Shown here piece by piece: positions 56,172-64,000 of a stretch of 64,000 bases of DNA. This stretch comes from Desulfurococcales archaeon (GTDB taxonomy: Archaea > Thermoproteota > Thermoprotei_A > Sulfolobales > Desulfurococcaceae): positions 1-64,000 of the forward strand of contig JALVYU010000011.1 of the NCBI GenBank assembly GCA_027022365.1. The letters are read 5' to 3'. The translations under genes and the position numbers were made by a program. How positions within the stretch are numbered: position 1 is the first letter of the stretch; every line of letters begins with the position of its first letter. The notes below the pieces were generated by a model. The model did not search any database. It was not told where the DNA came from and saw only the letters and a list, made by a program, of their open reading frames with translations.

Positions 56172-57740
56172 ATGATAAGAAAAACGGTCATCCTCGACCT
56201 CTATACGGATGAGCCGGCTGGCCTGGGTGTTCCCCCATATATTAATACATGGCCCAGGCTAGTTGCTGGAGCTATATGGTTGGAGAACAAAGACGTAGAC
56301 ATAAGATATTACACTATTGACGAAGTTCGGCATAACATGGATTCATTCATTAGGCAGGCCGACGCATCTGATATGCTAGTAGTTATAGGAGGCGTAGAGG
56401 TTCCCGGTAAATATATTGGGGGGAGGCCAGGCACCATCGATGAAGTTGAAAGAATACTAACATTAATAACCAAACCCTTGAAGATACTGGTAGGCCCGGC
56501 GGCACGTCATGGCTTCGGCTCTGGCGGAGGCACAATAGCCTCCTCAAGAAATACACTTACGAAAATATTCGATGAAATAATTGCCGGAGACCCGGAAATA
56601 TTCTTCAGCGAGCTCATAAGATACGGTTTTGAAAAAGCGGACTCGAGAAAAACACGGACAAACTACGAATTAGCGGATAAGGCGTTCATTAAGGGTGCGA
56701 AGATAATAGTGATGCATCCAAACCATGGTAGGAACCTTGTTGTCGAGATAGAGACCTACAGAGGATGCCCAAGATATATTTCTGGGGGATGTAGTTTCTG
56801 CATAGAGCCTCGATGGGGTAAACCGATTCAGCGAAGCCCTAGATCAATTATTGAGGAAGTAGAAGCACTATACAGACATGGTGCAAGACATATCAGGCTC
56901 GGAAGACAACCAGACATACTCGTATATGGGAGCAAAGAGATGGGAGAGAGGGAGTTCCCCAAGCCCAACCCAGAAATACTTAGGAAACTCTTCTATGGGA
57001 TAAGAAACACTGCACCGGGCATAAGGATATTACACATAGACAACGTCAACCCCGGAACAATAGTGCATCACCCAAGGGAAAGTATTGAAGCACTAAAAAC
57101 AATAATAAACTACCACAGCCCGGGCGACGTTGCCGCCCTAGGAATAGAGTCATTTGACGAGAAAGTCGTTAAGGCAAACAATCTCAAGGTTTACCCCGAC
57201 GAAGCAGTAAAGGCTGTCAAGATAATAAATAGAGTTGGAAAGATAAGAGGCTGGAATGGTCTCCCCCATCTTCTTCCAGGAATAAATCTTCTCTATGGAT
57301 TGCCGGGTGAGACCAGGGAGACGTACAGGATAAATTATGAGTACTTAAAGAGAATATATGACAAAAATCTTCTTGTGAGAAGAATAAATATCAGACAAGT
57401 AACTGTCTTGGAGAACACGCCTCTATGGCTAAAGAGGGATACGGTTAGGAGTATACTTAGACGACACAAGGGCTTATTCAAAACTTATAGGCTCCGGATA
57501 ATGAGTGAGCTTGATAAGAAGTTCCTCGAGAAAATAGTCCCATCTGGAACCATTCTTGACTATCTGTACGTTGAAAAACACGTGGGGAACCTAAGTATTG
57601 CGAGGATGCCGGGAAGCTACCCGATAACAGTTAAGATCCCGTACAGAATAGGCTTGTGGAAAATAATTTCTGCAAGAATAAGTAGTGTAGCGGCAAAAAG
57701 CGTTACAGGTAGACCCATAGGACTTAGTTACCGTGGATAA
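56172..57740 (+). CDS. Radical SAM protein (COG1031-like) with C-terminal TRAM-like region
   Basis: YTDEPAGLGVPPY, ETYRGC..GGCSFCIEP, HIDNVNP and RRINIRQV. Confidence 0.85.
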   Translation: MIRKTVILDLYTDEPAGLGVPPYINTWPRLVAGAIWLENKDVDIRYYTIDEVRHNMDSFIRQADASDMLVVIGGVEVPGKYIGGRPGTIDEVERILTLITKPLKILVGPAARHGFGSGGGTIASSRNTLTKIFDEIIAGDPEIFFSELIRYGFEKADSRKTRTNYELADKAFIKGAKIIVMHPNHGRNLVVEIETYRGCPRYISGGCSFCIEPRWGKPIQRSPRSIIEEVEALYRHGARHIRLGRQPDILVYGSKEMGEREFPKPNPEILRKLFYGIRNTAPGIRILHIDNVNPGTIVHHPRESIEALKTIINYHSPGDVAALGIESFDEKVVKANNLKVYPDEAVKAVKIINRVGKIRGWNGLPHLLPGINLLYGLPGETRETYRINYEYLKRIYDKNLLVRRINIRQVTVLENTPLWLKRDTVRSILRRHKGLFKTYRLRIMSELDKKFLEKIVPSGTILDYLYVEKHVGNLSIARMPGSYPITVKIPYRIGLWKIISARISSVAAKSVTGRPIGLSYRG

Positions 57741-59518
57741 TAATCTTTAACATTGTCCTCATACCTTATGATCAGTTCACCATCATTGTTTTCATCAATT
57801 ATGATCTCCGGGTATTCTTCGAGCATGTTATGACCCATTGCAAGAGGATCCTGATACGCGCCTGTGTGGAGGAAGGCTACGTAGTAATCCTCGTTTTTTC
57901 CGGGAAGATGAAGAGGTATACCACGTAGAATTATCCTTTTTCCAGGGATCCCGAGTAATCTATTGTCTTCTTCGGTGAATATGTCGTCAAACCCCTCTGG
58001 AAGCTTGCTGATAAACTCGGATATCTCTCCCATCGAGTCACATGTTATATCGCTTATCGTGGCGAGTACATCTGGTCTTTTATCGAGCATGCTGCAAGGA
58101 ACGATCTGGAAATATTGGTTCAGAATAACATAGTCGGGAAGTACATTGAACAACGAGAATGATAGGACATACCTTTTACTAGGGGAGGTAAGGAATCTAT
58201 ACAGTGGTCTACCCGTTCTAGCATTTTCTGCCAGGTCTTTTAGCGCATTGTCTTTGTCCATCAGGTAGATTTCTTTGGCCTTCCCGGCTATTTCCTCGTA
58301 TATGGTTTTGATCATTCCTTCTAGGAGCTCCCTACGCTTCAGGTCTATGTTCTCCGTGAACGATAAGAGCCTATTGATGATGTTCTCGGATTCACGGGCT
58401 ATTTCTGATAATTCTTTAATTGTTTTTGAAGATTGTATCTTCTCAATCAACTCTATTTCTGTTCCCAATTCTGAGATATACGGTCGTATGTCTATGACCT
58501 TGGCCACGCTGATCCTGTGGGGTGCAACTATTGCCCTGCCAGACTCAAACACTATATCGGGTGGCAGGATGCCTTGTTCCTCCGCGTGTTCCTTGAAGGT
58601 TTTAACCATTATCTCCACGTATTCGCGGAAAGTATAGTCAGGACTGTATGATGAGCCGGACAATGTAGATTCATAGTCGAAAGCAAGTCCTCCACCTGTA
58701 TCGATATATCTAAGATTGGGGAGATACTTCTCCTTGAGAACAGTGTAAGTGTTTATCATTTCTGTAAACATTTTCTTCAAGGCGTCCTTGGTAACGATCT
58801 GCGAACCATAGTGGAAGTGGAGCATTATAATCTTGTCTTTGATCCATGGCTGTTTCTCTATTATCTTATAAATACTTGATAATGGTAGGCCGAACTTCGA
58901 TGACAAGCCTGAACTGGACGACCATATGCTTTCTCCTCTGAACATAGGCCTAATCCTAAATCCGACCCAGATCTTGTCCCCGAGTTGTTCACGTATTTCC
59001 TCAAGTAGCTCTGCCTCTCTTATACTCTCAATATCTATGATCGCTTCACCATATGCTTCTTTGTTTTCAATAACACGTTTTAGACCCCTGAAGTCTTTCA
59101 CTCCGTCAATAACTAGTAGGCCTTTAGTCTTAATGGATAATGCCTCATAGAGTTCGGGAAGCGTGCCTGCCTCCCAGCCCCACGAGTATTTCCCGCCGTA
59201 TCTCTTTATACTCCTAAGGACTAGTTCGTGGTGGTTGACTTTTAATGGGTATACTGGCCTGAATTCGCCGCGGTAATTATTCTCTCTAATGTTTTTGAGG
59301 AATAAGCCTGCGATATAGTCTATCATCTCTCCTATCCATGGCAGTATCCTGATATTAGCACCCGGTAGCCCACGTTTTTTCAATAGTTCGGCTATGGACA
59401 GGGTTTTCCCCTTGATCTTAACTACTAGCTCGCCTTTTTCATTGATATCGAATAGCTGGTTGTTCAGTACCCCTTTAAGTCCGTAGAGCTCTCTGGAATT
59501 CTCTATACCCCAAACCAT
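57728..59518 (-). CDS. speA: PLP-dependent (alanine-racemase-fold) biosynthetic arginine decarboxylase
   Basis: VYPLKVN (PLP Lys), EAG, SKFGL, HFHYGSQI, GGGL, ESGRAIVAPH, DITCDSMG and GAYQD...HN; 596 aa. Confidence 0.85.
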   Translation of the reverse strand: MVWGIENSRELYGLKGVLNNQLFDINEKGELVVKIKGKTLSIAELLKKRGLPGANIRILPWIGEMIDYIAGLFLKNIRENNYRGEFRPVYPLKVNHHELVLRSIKRYGGKYSWGWEAGTLPELYEALSIKTKGLLVIDGVKDFRGLKRVIENKEAYGEAIIDIESIREAELLEEIREQLGDKIWVGFRIRPMFRGESIWSSSSGLSSKFGLPLSSIYKIIEKQPWIKDKIIMLHFHYGSQIVTKDALKKMFTEMINTYTVLKEKYLPNLRYIDTGGGLAFDYESTLSGSSYSPDYTFREYVEIMVKTFKEHAEEQGILPPDIVFESGRAIVAPHRISVAKVIDIRPYISELGTEIELIEKIQSSKTIKELSEIARESENIINRLLSFTENIDLKRRELLEGMIKTIYEEIAGKAKEIYLMDKDNALKDLAENARTGRPLYRFLTSPSKRYVLSFSLFNVLPDYVILNQYFQIVPCSMLDKRPDVLATISDITCDSMGEISEFISKLPEGFDDIFTEEDNRLLGIPGKRIILRGIPLHLPGKNEDYYVAFLHTGAYQDPLAMGHNMLEEYPEIIIDENNDGELIIRYEDNVKDYYPR

Positions 59519-59646
59519 ACCCCTTTTCCCCTGGACATCCCCTACCCTAGACTTGAAGGGTCTTGGGGGATATAGAGGTTTCCCAGAATTTTAAAGAACT
59601 GACCCATATCCAATAAATAGATGCTCGCCCGGTATTCAAAAATGGA

Positions 59647-60357
59647 GTGATCTCCATGGAGGACCGTGAGAGGATCGAGGCATACATAGTGAATCTGGAG
59701 AGGGCAATAAAGATACTGAAACACAAAGAGATACCAGCCAAATATAAGCCTTTACTCGAGAACGCTAAGGCCTATCTAAGTGACGCAAAATACTATCTTT
59801 CAAAAAATGATTACTTTACAGCCTTAGCATGCGTAGCTTATGGTGAAGGCCTGATCGATTCCCTCAGACACATCGGCGAAATAGATATGGATTGGAAACC
59901 ATTATCCAGCCTCCTATCTAGGCCAAAAGTACTAGTTGCGGGTAGTTTCGAGATACTCCATCCAGGCCATATATACTTGTTCGAGAAGGCATGGGAATTG
60001 GGAAGAGTCTATGTGATAGTCTCTAGGGACTCTAATTTCGAGAAGTTCAAGGGGAGAAAACCAGCTATACCGGATAAATACAGGGCTGAAGTTGTTCGTT
60101 CGGTACGCTATGTCCATGAAGCTGTCTTGGGTGATGAAAAAGATTATCTGAAGCCGGTTCTCGATATATCTCCTGATATAGTATTATTAGGCCCTGATCA
60201 GTGGCCTGATAAGGCGAAGCTCGAGGACGAATTGAGGAAACGAGGCCTCGAAAAGACTAGGGTATTAAGGCTTAAGGAGCCATTCAAGGACGATGTGTGT
60301 AGGTCTTCAAAAATAATCAGACGTATCCTGGAGATACACGGGTGTGTTGATGAATAG
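59647..60357 (+). CDS. DUF357 domain fused to FAD synthetase (RibL-like nucleotidyltransferase)
   Basis: N-terminal AYLSDAKYY...YGEGLID (DUF357-like); GSFEILHPGH, VSRD, KGRKP and LGPDQ. Confidence 0.8.
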   Translation: MISMEDRERIEAYIVNLERAIKILKHKEIPAKYKPLLENAKAYLSDAKYYLSKNDYFTALACVAYGEGLIDSLRHIGEIDMDWKPLSSLLSRPKVLVAGSFEILHPGHIYLFEKAWELGRVYVIVSRDSNFEKFKGRKPAIPDKYRAEVVRSVRYVHEAVLGDEKDYLKPVLDISPDIVLLGPDQWPDKAKLEDELRKRGLEKTRVLRLKEPFKDDVCRSSKIIRRILEIHGCVDE

Positions 60358-60362
60358 AACTC

Positions 60363-61082
60363 TTAGTTCTTCTCTGCACCAAGCAGTTTCTCGAAGAGCT
60401 TCCTTCTTTCTTCCAGCTGTGCTTTATTTTTCTCAGCCTCATTGTTGGCTAGACTCGCCAGGCTCTTAAGGTCGACGTCCGGCTTATACCATGTACCAGA
60501 ATTCTTTACTATGTCTGCAAGCCTCGCAACATTGTAGCCGACATTATATGAGTCGAGAACTGCTTGGTCATCCTCTGTGACATCGTCCATTGAGTGATGA
60601 TATGCAATAGCCCATCCGGGGATATGTACGCCCATACTGTTTAGAACGATCATCATGTGGGCGAGCGCCAGTATTGTCCCGCTATCATTTCCCGTAGCGA
60701 TTAGTCCCGCCACTTTCCCTTCGAGGAGGCTCCTGCCAGTTATGAATATCATGTTCTCCATGCTTGTGAGCCTGTCAATAAAGTTCTTCATGATACCGCT
60801 CATGCTGTACCAGTAGACAGGGGTGACCATTATGAATCCGTCGCTCTCAAGGATCTTTTTCCCTATCGTGTTGAAGTCGTCATCATTGATGATGCACGGG
60901 AATCGACAGTATTTTGTATCGTCACTAACGCATCCTAGGCACCCTTTTATCTTGTAGTCATAGAGATATATGATCTCAGGGGTTCCGCCTGCGTCCTCAA
61001 CGCCCTTAGCAGCTATAGATGTGAGCTTGGTTACAGCTCCGTATTTTCGGGGAGAGCCGTGAAGTATTGTTATTCTGGCCAT
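60363..61082 (-). CDS. Iron-sulfur flavoprotein / NADPH-dependent FMN reductase family protein
   Basis: GSPRKYG, GCLGC...C...C, TPVYW and KNFIDR. Confidence 0.88.
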   Translation of the reverse strand: MARITILHGSPRKYGAVTKLTSIAAKGVEDAGGTPEIIYLYDYKIKGCLGCVSDDTKYCRFPCIINDDDFNTIGKKILESDGFIMVTPVYWYSMSGIMKNFIDRLTSMENMIFITGRSLLEGKVAGLIATGNDSGTILALAHMMIVLNSMGVHIPGWAIAYHHSMDDVTEDDQAVLDSYNVGYNVARLADIVKNSGTWYKPDVDLKSLASLANNEAEKNKAQLEERRKLFEKLLGAEKN

Positions 61083-61153
61083 TTCTATCTCCCTCTTGCT
61101 TCCTTCTCAGTCCTATGGTTGATTGCGGAAATATTATTTAAATGAATTGAAAA

Positions 61154-61237
61154 GCCTCAGTAACGCCGACCCACTTCATAACCTATACATTTGAGGAATA
61201 ATGTATAGGCTCCGACACGGGTTCGCTCATCATCGGC
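61154..61237 (-). ncRNA. Box C/D guide sRNA with an inserted hairpin
   Basis: Minus strand: C AUGAUGA (61233-61227), guide GCGAACCCGUGU, D' CGGA, 10-bp hairpin CCUAUACAUU/AAUGUAUAGG, C'-like UUAUGA, guide AGUGGGUCGGCGUUA, D CUGA (61160-61157); terminal GCC/GGC. Confidence 0.75.
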
Positions 61238-61265
61238 CACAAACTAACACTAAGATAAGTCGTGT

Positions 61266-61988
61266 TTAAAGTATTTTAAGGAGTTCAGTGAGCGATGTTA
61301 TGCATGGCTGGGGATCCGCTGGACGGCACAAGGTTTTCCATCCATAATATATTGTTTTTAGCCCCGCTTTTCTCGCGGGCAATACATCGTTCTCGATTGA
61401 GTCGCCGATATGGACTATTCTGGCTGGATCCGCCCCGAGGAGATCGGCTAGTTCCGCGTAGAATAATGGGTTACGTTTAGGGATGCCTACGAGCTGCGTA
61501 CTATAAATGATCTTAAAGTATTTCATTAACTCATTGTCTTGGAGAACCTGATATGGTAGATCATGGGCGCCAGTAGCTGTTGTGAGGATGAGTCTATAGC
61601 CCTTACCAACTAGTCTCTCGATAACTATTCTTGTATGATCCACGGGGACGAACCATTTCGCTCTCTCGGCTATGAAGTAATGATAGATCTCCTCTAGTTC
61701 GCTCTCGGAAATATCAACTCCTGATTTCTTGAGGAACTTCAATAATACATATCTGTGCCAGTGCTGGTAGCCGGGGTGCTTAGCCTCTATTTCACGCCAT
61801 ATATCATCGTAGAGCCTAAGAGGATCAACAATATGTTTTGGAGCATACCCTTTCTTTTTTAGATAGCATAGTATGTCTTTGAGAACATCGCGTGCTGGTC
61901 GCACAGGGTTTCTAGGCTCGCACCCGATATCCCAGAATAGGGTGCAGGCGGAATCTAGGCTAACATACTCGATCTCTCCCTTCAGCAT
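61266..61988 (-). CDS. HAD-family hydrolase
   Basis: LDSACTL (degenerate motif I), PKRNP and HIGDSIENDVLPARKAGL. Confidence 0.8.
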   Translation of the reverse strand: MLKGEIEYVSLDSACTLFWDIGCEPRNPVRPARDVLKDILCYLKKKGYAPKHIVDPLRLYDDIWREIEAKHPGYQHWHRYVLLKFLKKSGVDISESELEEIYHYFIAERAKWFVPVDHTRIVIERLVGKGYRLILTTATGAHDLPYQVLQDNELMKYFKIIYSTQLVGIPKRNPLFYAELADLLGADPARIVHIGDSIENDVLPARKAGLKTIYYGWKTLCRPADPQPCITSLTELLKIL

Positions 61989-62069
61989 ATTGCAACACCA
62001 ATCACAATATTTTGGTGGGAAAGCAAGGTTATATTACTGGTTCACTAATTCCGTGGCTGGTGCTAGGTC

Positions 62070-63164
62070 TTGCCTAGTATAGATTGGGATGAAGTAAGAA
62101 GGCGTAGGGAGGAATTCTGGAGCTCCAGCCCTGTCTATAGGGCAATATACGAGAAGATGAAGAAGCAGGGATATCATTTTATCGCCACACTTGGTGTTGT
62201 TAAGAGGTGCCACTGGACACGTGAAGCCCTCGTGAACAAGAGGTTCTGCTACAAATGCCTCTGGTACGGGATCGAGAGCCATAGATGCATACAGATGAGT
62301 CCACTAGCTGCTTGGTGCTGGCTTAGATGTATGCATTGCTGGAGGCTACAGCCTGAAGATATTGGAATGCACTGGGATGAAACAAGGCCCCCGGTTGTTG
62401 ATGAGCCAGAAGTTATCGCTGAAGAAAGTATTAGGGTACAGAAACAGATCGTGTCGGGCTATAAAGGTAATCCACGAGTCGATCCAAAGATGTATGAGGA
62501 GGCAATGAACCCGAAGCACGTAGCGATAAGTTTGACAGGTGAGCCAACGCTATATCCGCGCCTAGGAGAGCTGATCAAAGAATACCATAGAAGAGGCATG
62601 ACGACGTTCCTCGTAACGCATGGTGTACGGCCAGATATTTTAGCTAGCCTCGAAGAGGAGCCCTCCCAGCTCTATATAAGCCTAGAAGCATGGAATAAAG
62701 AGAAATTCATGGAGTTTAACAGACCCATAGTCCCGAGAGCATGGGAACTAGTAATGGAGACTCTAAAGCTTCTCCCAAGCTTTTCCTGCCCGACAGTTTA
62801 CAGGTTAACAATTATAAAGGGATTCAATGACTCCGAAGAGGCTTTAAAGGGCTTCGCAAAACTGATCGAGATCGGTAATCCGACATATGTAGAGGTAAAA
62901 GCATACATGTATGTCGGCTCAAGCAGGACGAGACTACAGCCGACCAATATGCCGAAGCACGAAGAAATAAGAATGATAGGCAAGAGACTCGCCGAGCTAA
63001 CAGGATACATGTTGCTCAGCGAAAGCGTGCCGAGCAGAATAGTATTGCTAAGCAGGATCAAACATCCGAAGAGGCACGGCAAAGGCTGTCCAGATGGTGT
63101 TGAGTACCCGGAGAAGTATGCCCCTGTAATAACGCATGATTATGAGGAGATGGCTGGTCAATAA
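62070..63164 (+). CDS. taw1: 4-demethylwyosine synthase (radical SAM)
   Basis: [41 protein letters not shown] and EVKAYM. Confidence 0.95.
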   Translation: MPSIDWDEVRRRREEFWSSSPVYRAIYEKMKKQGYHFIATLGVVKRCHWTREALVNKRFCYKCLWYGIESHRCIQMSPLAAWCWLRCMHCWRLQPEDIGMHWDETRPPVVDEPEVIAEESIRVQKQIVSGYKGNPRVDPKMYEEAMNPKHVAISLTGEPTLYPRLGELIKEYHRRGMTTFLVTHGVRPDILASLEEEPSQLYISLEAWNKEKFMEFNRPIVPRAWELVMETLKLLPSFSCPTVYRLTIIKGFNDSEEALKGFAKLIEIGNPTYVEVKAYMYVGSSRTRLQPTNMPKHEEIRMIGKRLAELTGYMLLSESVPSRIVLLSRIKHPKRHGKGCPDGVEYPEKYAPVITHDYEEMAGQ

Positions 63165-63266
63165 GGTTGAAGTCGGGTATTAGTTGATAAGTTCAAATCT
63201 CTAGATTTTTATATATAATCATTGATCATTTTTCATAGCAGGTATAGGATATTTTGGTGACAAAAT

Positions 63267-63770
63267 TTGGATATTAGTATACGCAAAATAATAGATTTGA
63301 TTACAAAAGGTGATGACACAGTTCTGAAACGATTCATCGAAATGTACTCAAGGAATAGGATCGAAAGATCTTTTTACACCCTAGAAGAGATAACGATATC
63401 GCTCCTCCACTACATCAAGAGATACACTCCCCAACGCATTGCAGAGATCCTAGGTATGAGCAGGAGCAATGTGTATGCAGTTCTAAAAAGATTCTCGCAG
63501 AAATACGAGAAAGCAGTGAATACGATCAACCTATACGAAGCTATAACAAACGTTATCTACATAACGGTTAGGAAAGGAGAACCTCTGGACGAAGTAGCAA
63601 GAAGAATATACTCGATAGCAGATAAGAAAAAGATAAAGATCCCGTTTAGAGGCTTAGAGCTAATAAATATACTCGAGCGTCGGGACATTGTTGATGAAAG
63701 GCTTAGATTCAAGGATAATTATCGCCTAATATTGTTACCAAATATCGACATAATAGTTGAGAAGATATAG
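63267..63770 (+). CDS. Tfx-like HTH DNA-binding protein
   Basis: TPQRIAEILGMSRSNV HTH; KAVNTI and IYSIADKKKIKI. Confidence 0.7.
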   Translation: MDISIRKIIDLITKGDDTVLKRFIEMYSRNRIERSFYTLEEITISLLHYIKRYTPQRIAEILGMSRSNVYAVLKRFSQKYEKAVNTINLYEAITNVIYITVRKGEPLDEVARRIYSIADKKKIKIPFRGLELINILERRDIVDERLRFKDNYRLILLPNIDIIVEKI

Positions 63771-63815
63771 TGTTCCTTTTAATAGAACGCCCCTATGGCT
63801 TGCAACAATAGATCA

Positions 63816-63998
63816 TTATATCTTTACTGGCTTTACAGTATTTTCATCAAATGAATTATAACCTACATGCTCACCTACCCTGATCAGACCATTACAGTTA
63901 TGCAGAGCGAAGGTTATTGCTTTGACCCCATCGATTCCTCGAAGAAGCGCCTTACAAGTTCTCTTATGCTCGTCTACAACGTATTTTGAGCCCGGATA
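63816..63998 (-). CDS. Probable 3' end of a CDS running off the window edge
   Basis: Open frame YPGSKYVVDEHKRTCKALLRGIDG...KPVKI* from the window edge to TAA at 63818-63816. Confidence 0.4.
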   Translation of the reverse strand, partial: YPGSKYVVDEHKRTCKALLRGIDGVKAITFALHNCNGLIRVGEHVGYNSFDENTVKPVKI

Positions 63999-64000
63999 AT

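Overview
A gene-dense 64 kb chromosomal segment from a hyperthermophilic crenarchaeon, most likely Desulfurococcales. The assignment rests on Cren7, an ESCRT-III/CdvB-like protein, archaeal-type GAPDH and PheRS, AglB, Hel308, Taw1 and GGTGA ribosome-binding sites. I found no rRNA, tRNA, CRISPR array, integrase or transposase. Five items stand out from the housekeeping genes. (1) A three-gene overlapping operon encoding a preQ0-type transporter, a short RaSEA-like radical SAM protein and a stand-alone ArcS-motif domain, which looks like a minimal archaeosine salvage system. (2) A cluster of a PreA/DHODH-like flavo-Fe-S reductase, an SsnA-like amidohydrolase, carbamate kinase and a YgeW-like knotted carbamoyltransferase, resembling the bacterial anaerobic purine/uric-acid catabolic genes. 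(3) Five intergenic guide RNAs absent from the ORF track (two H/ACA, three C/D), including predicted guides for 23S U2593 (E. coli numbering) and tRNA-Arg(UCU) U34. (4) A bacterial-type PLP arginine decarboxylase. (5) Several large orphan scaffold-like proteins (wHTH plus helical repeats, two beta-propellers, a coiled coil). All functional calls come from motif recognition by eye; no searches were run.
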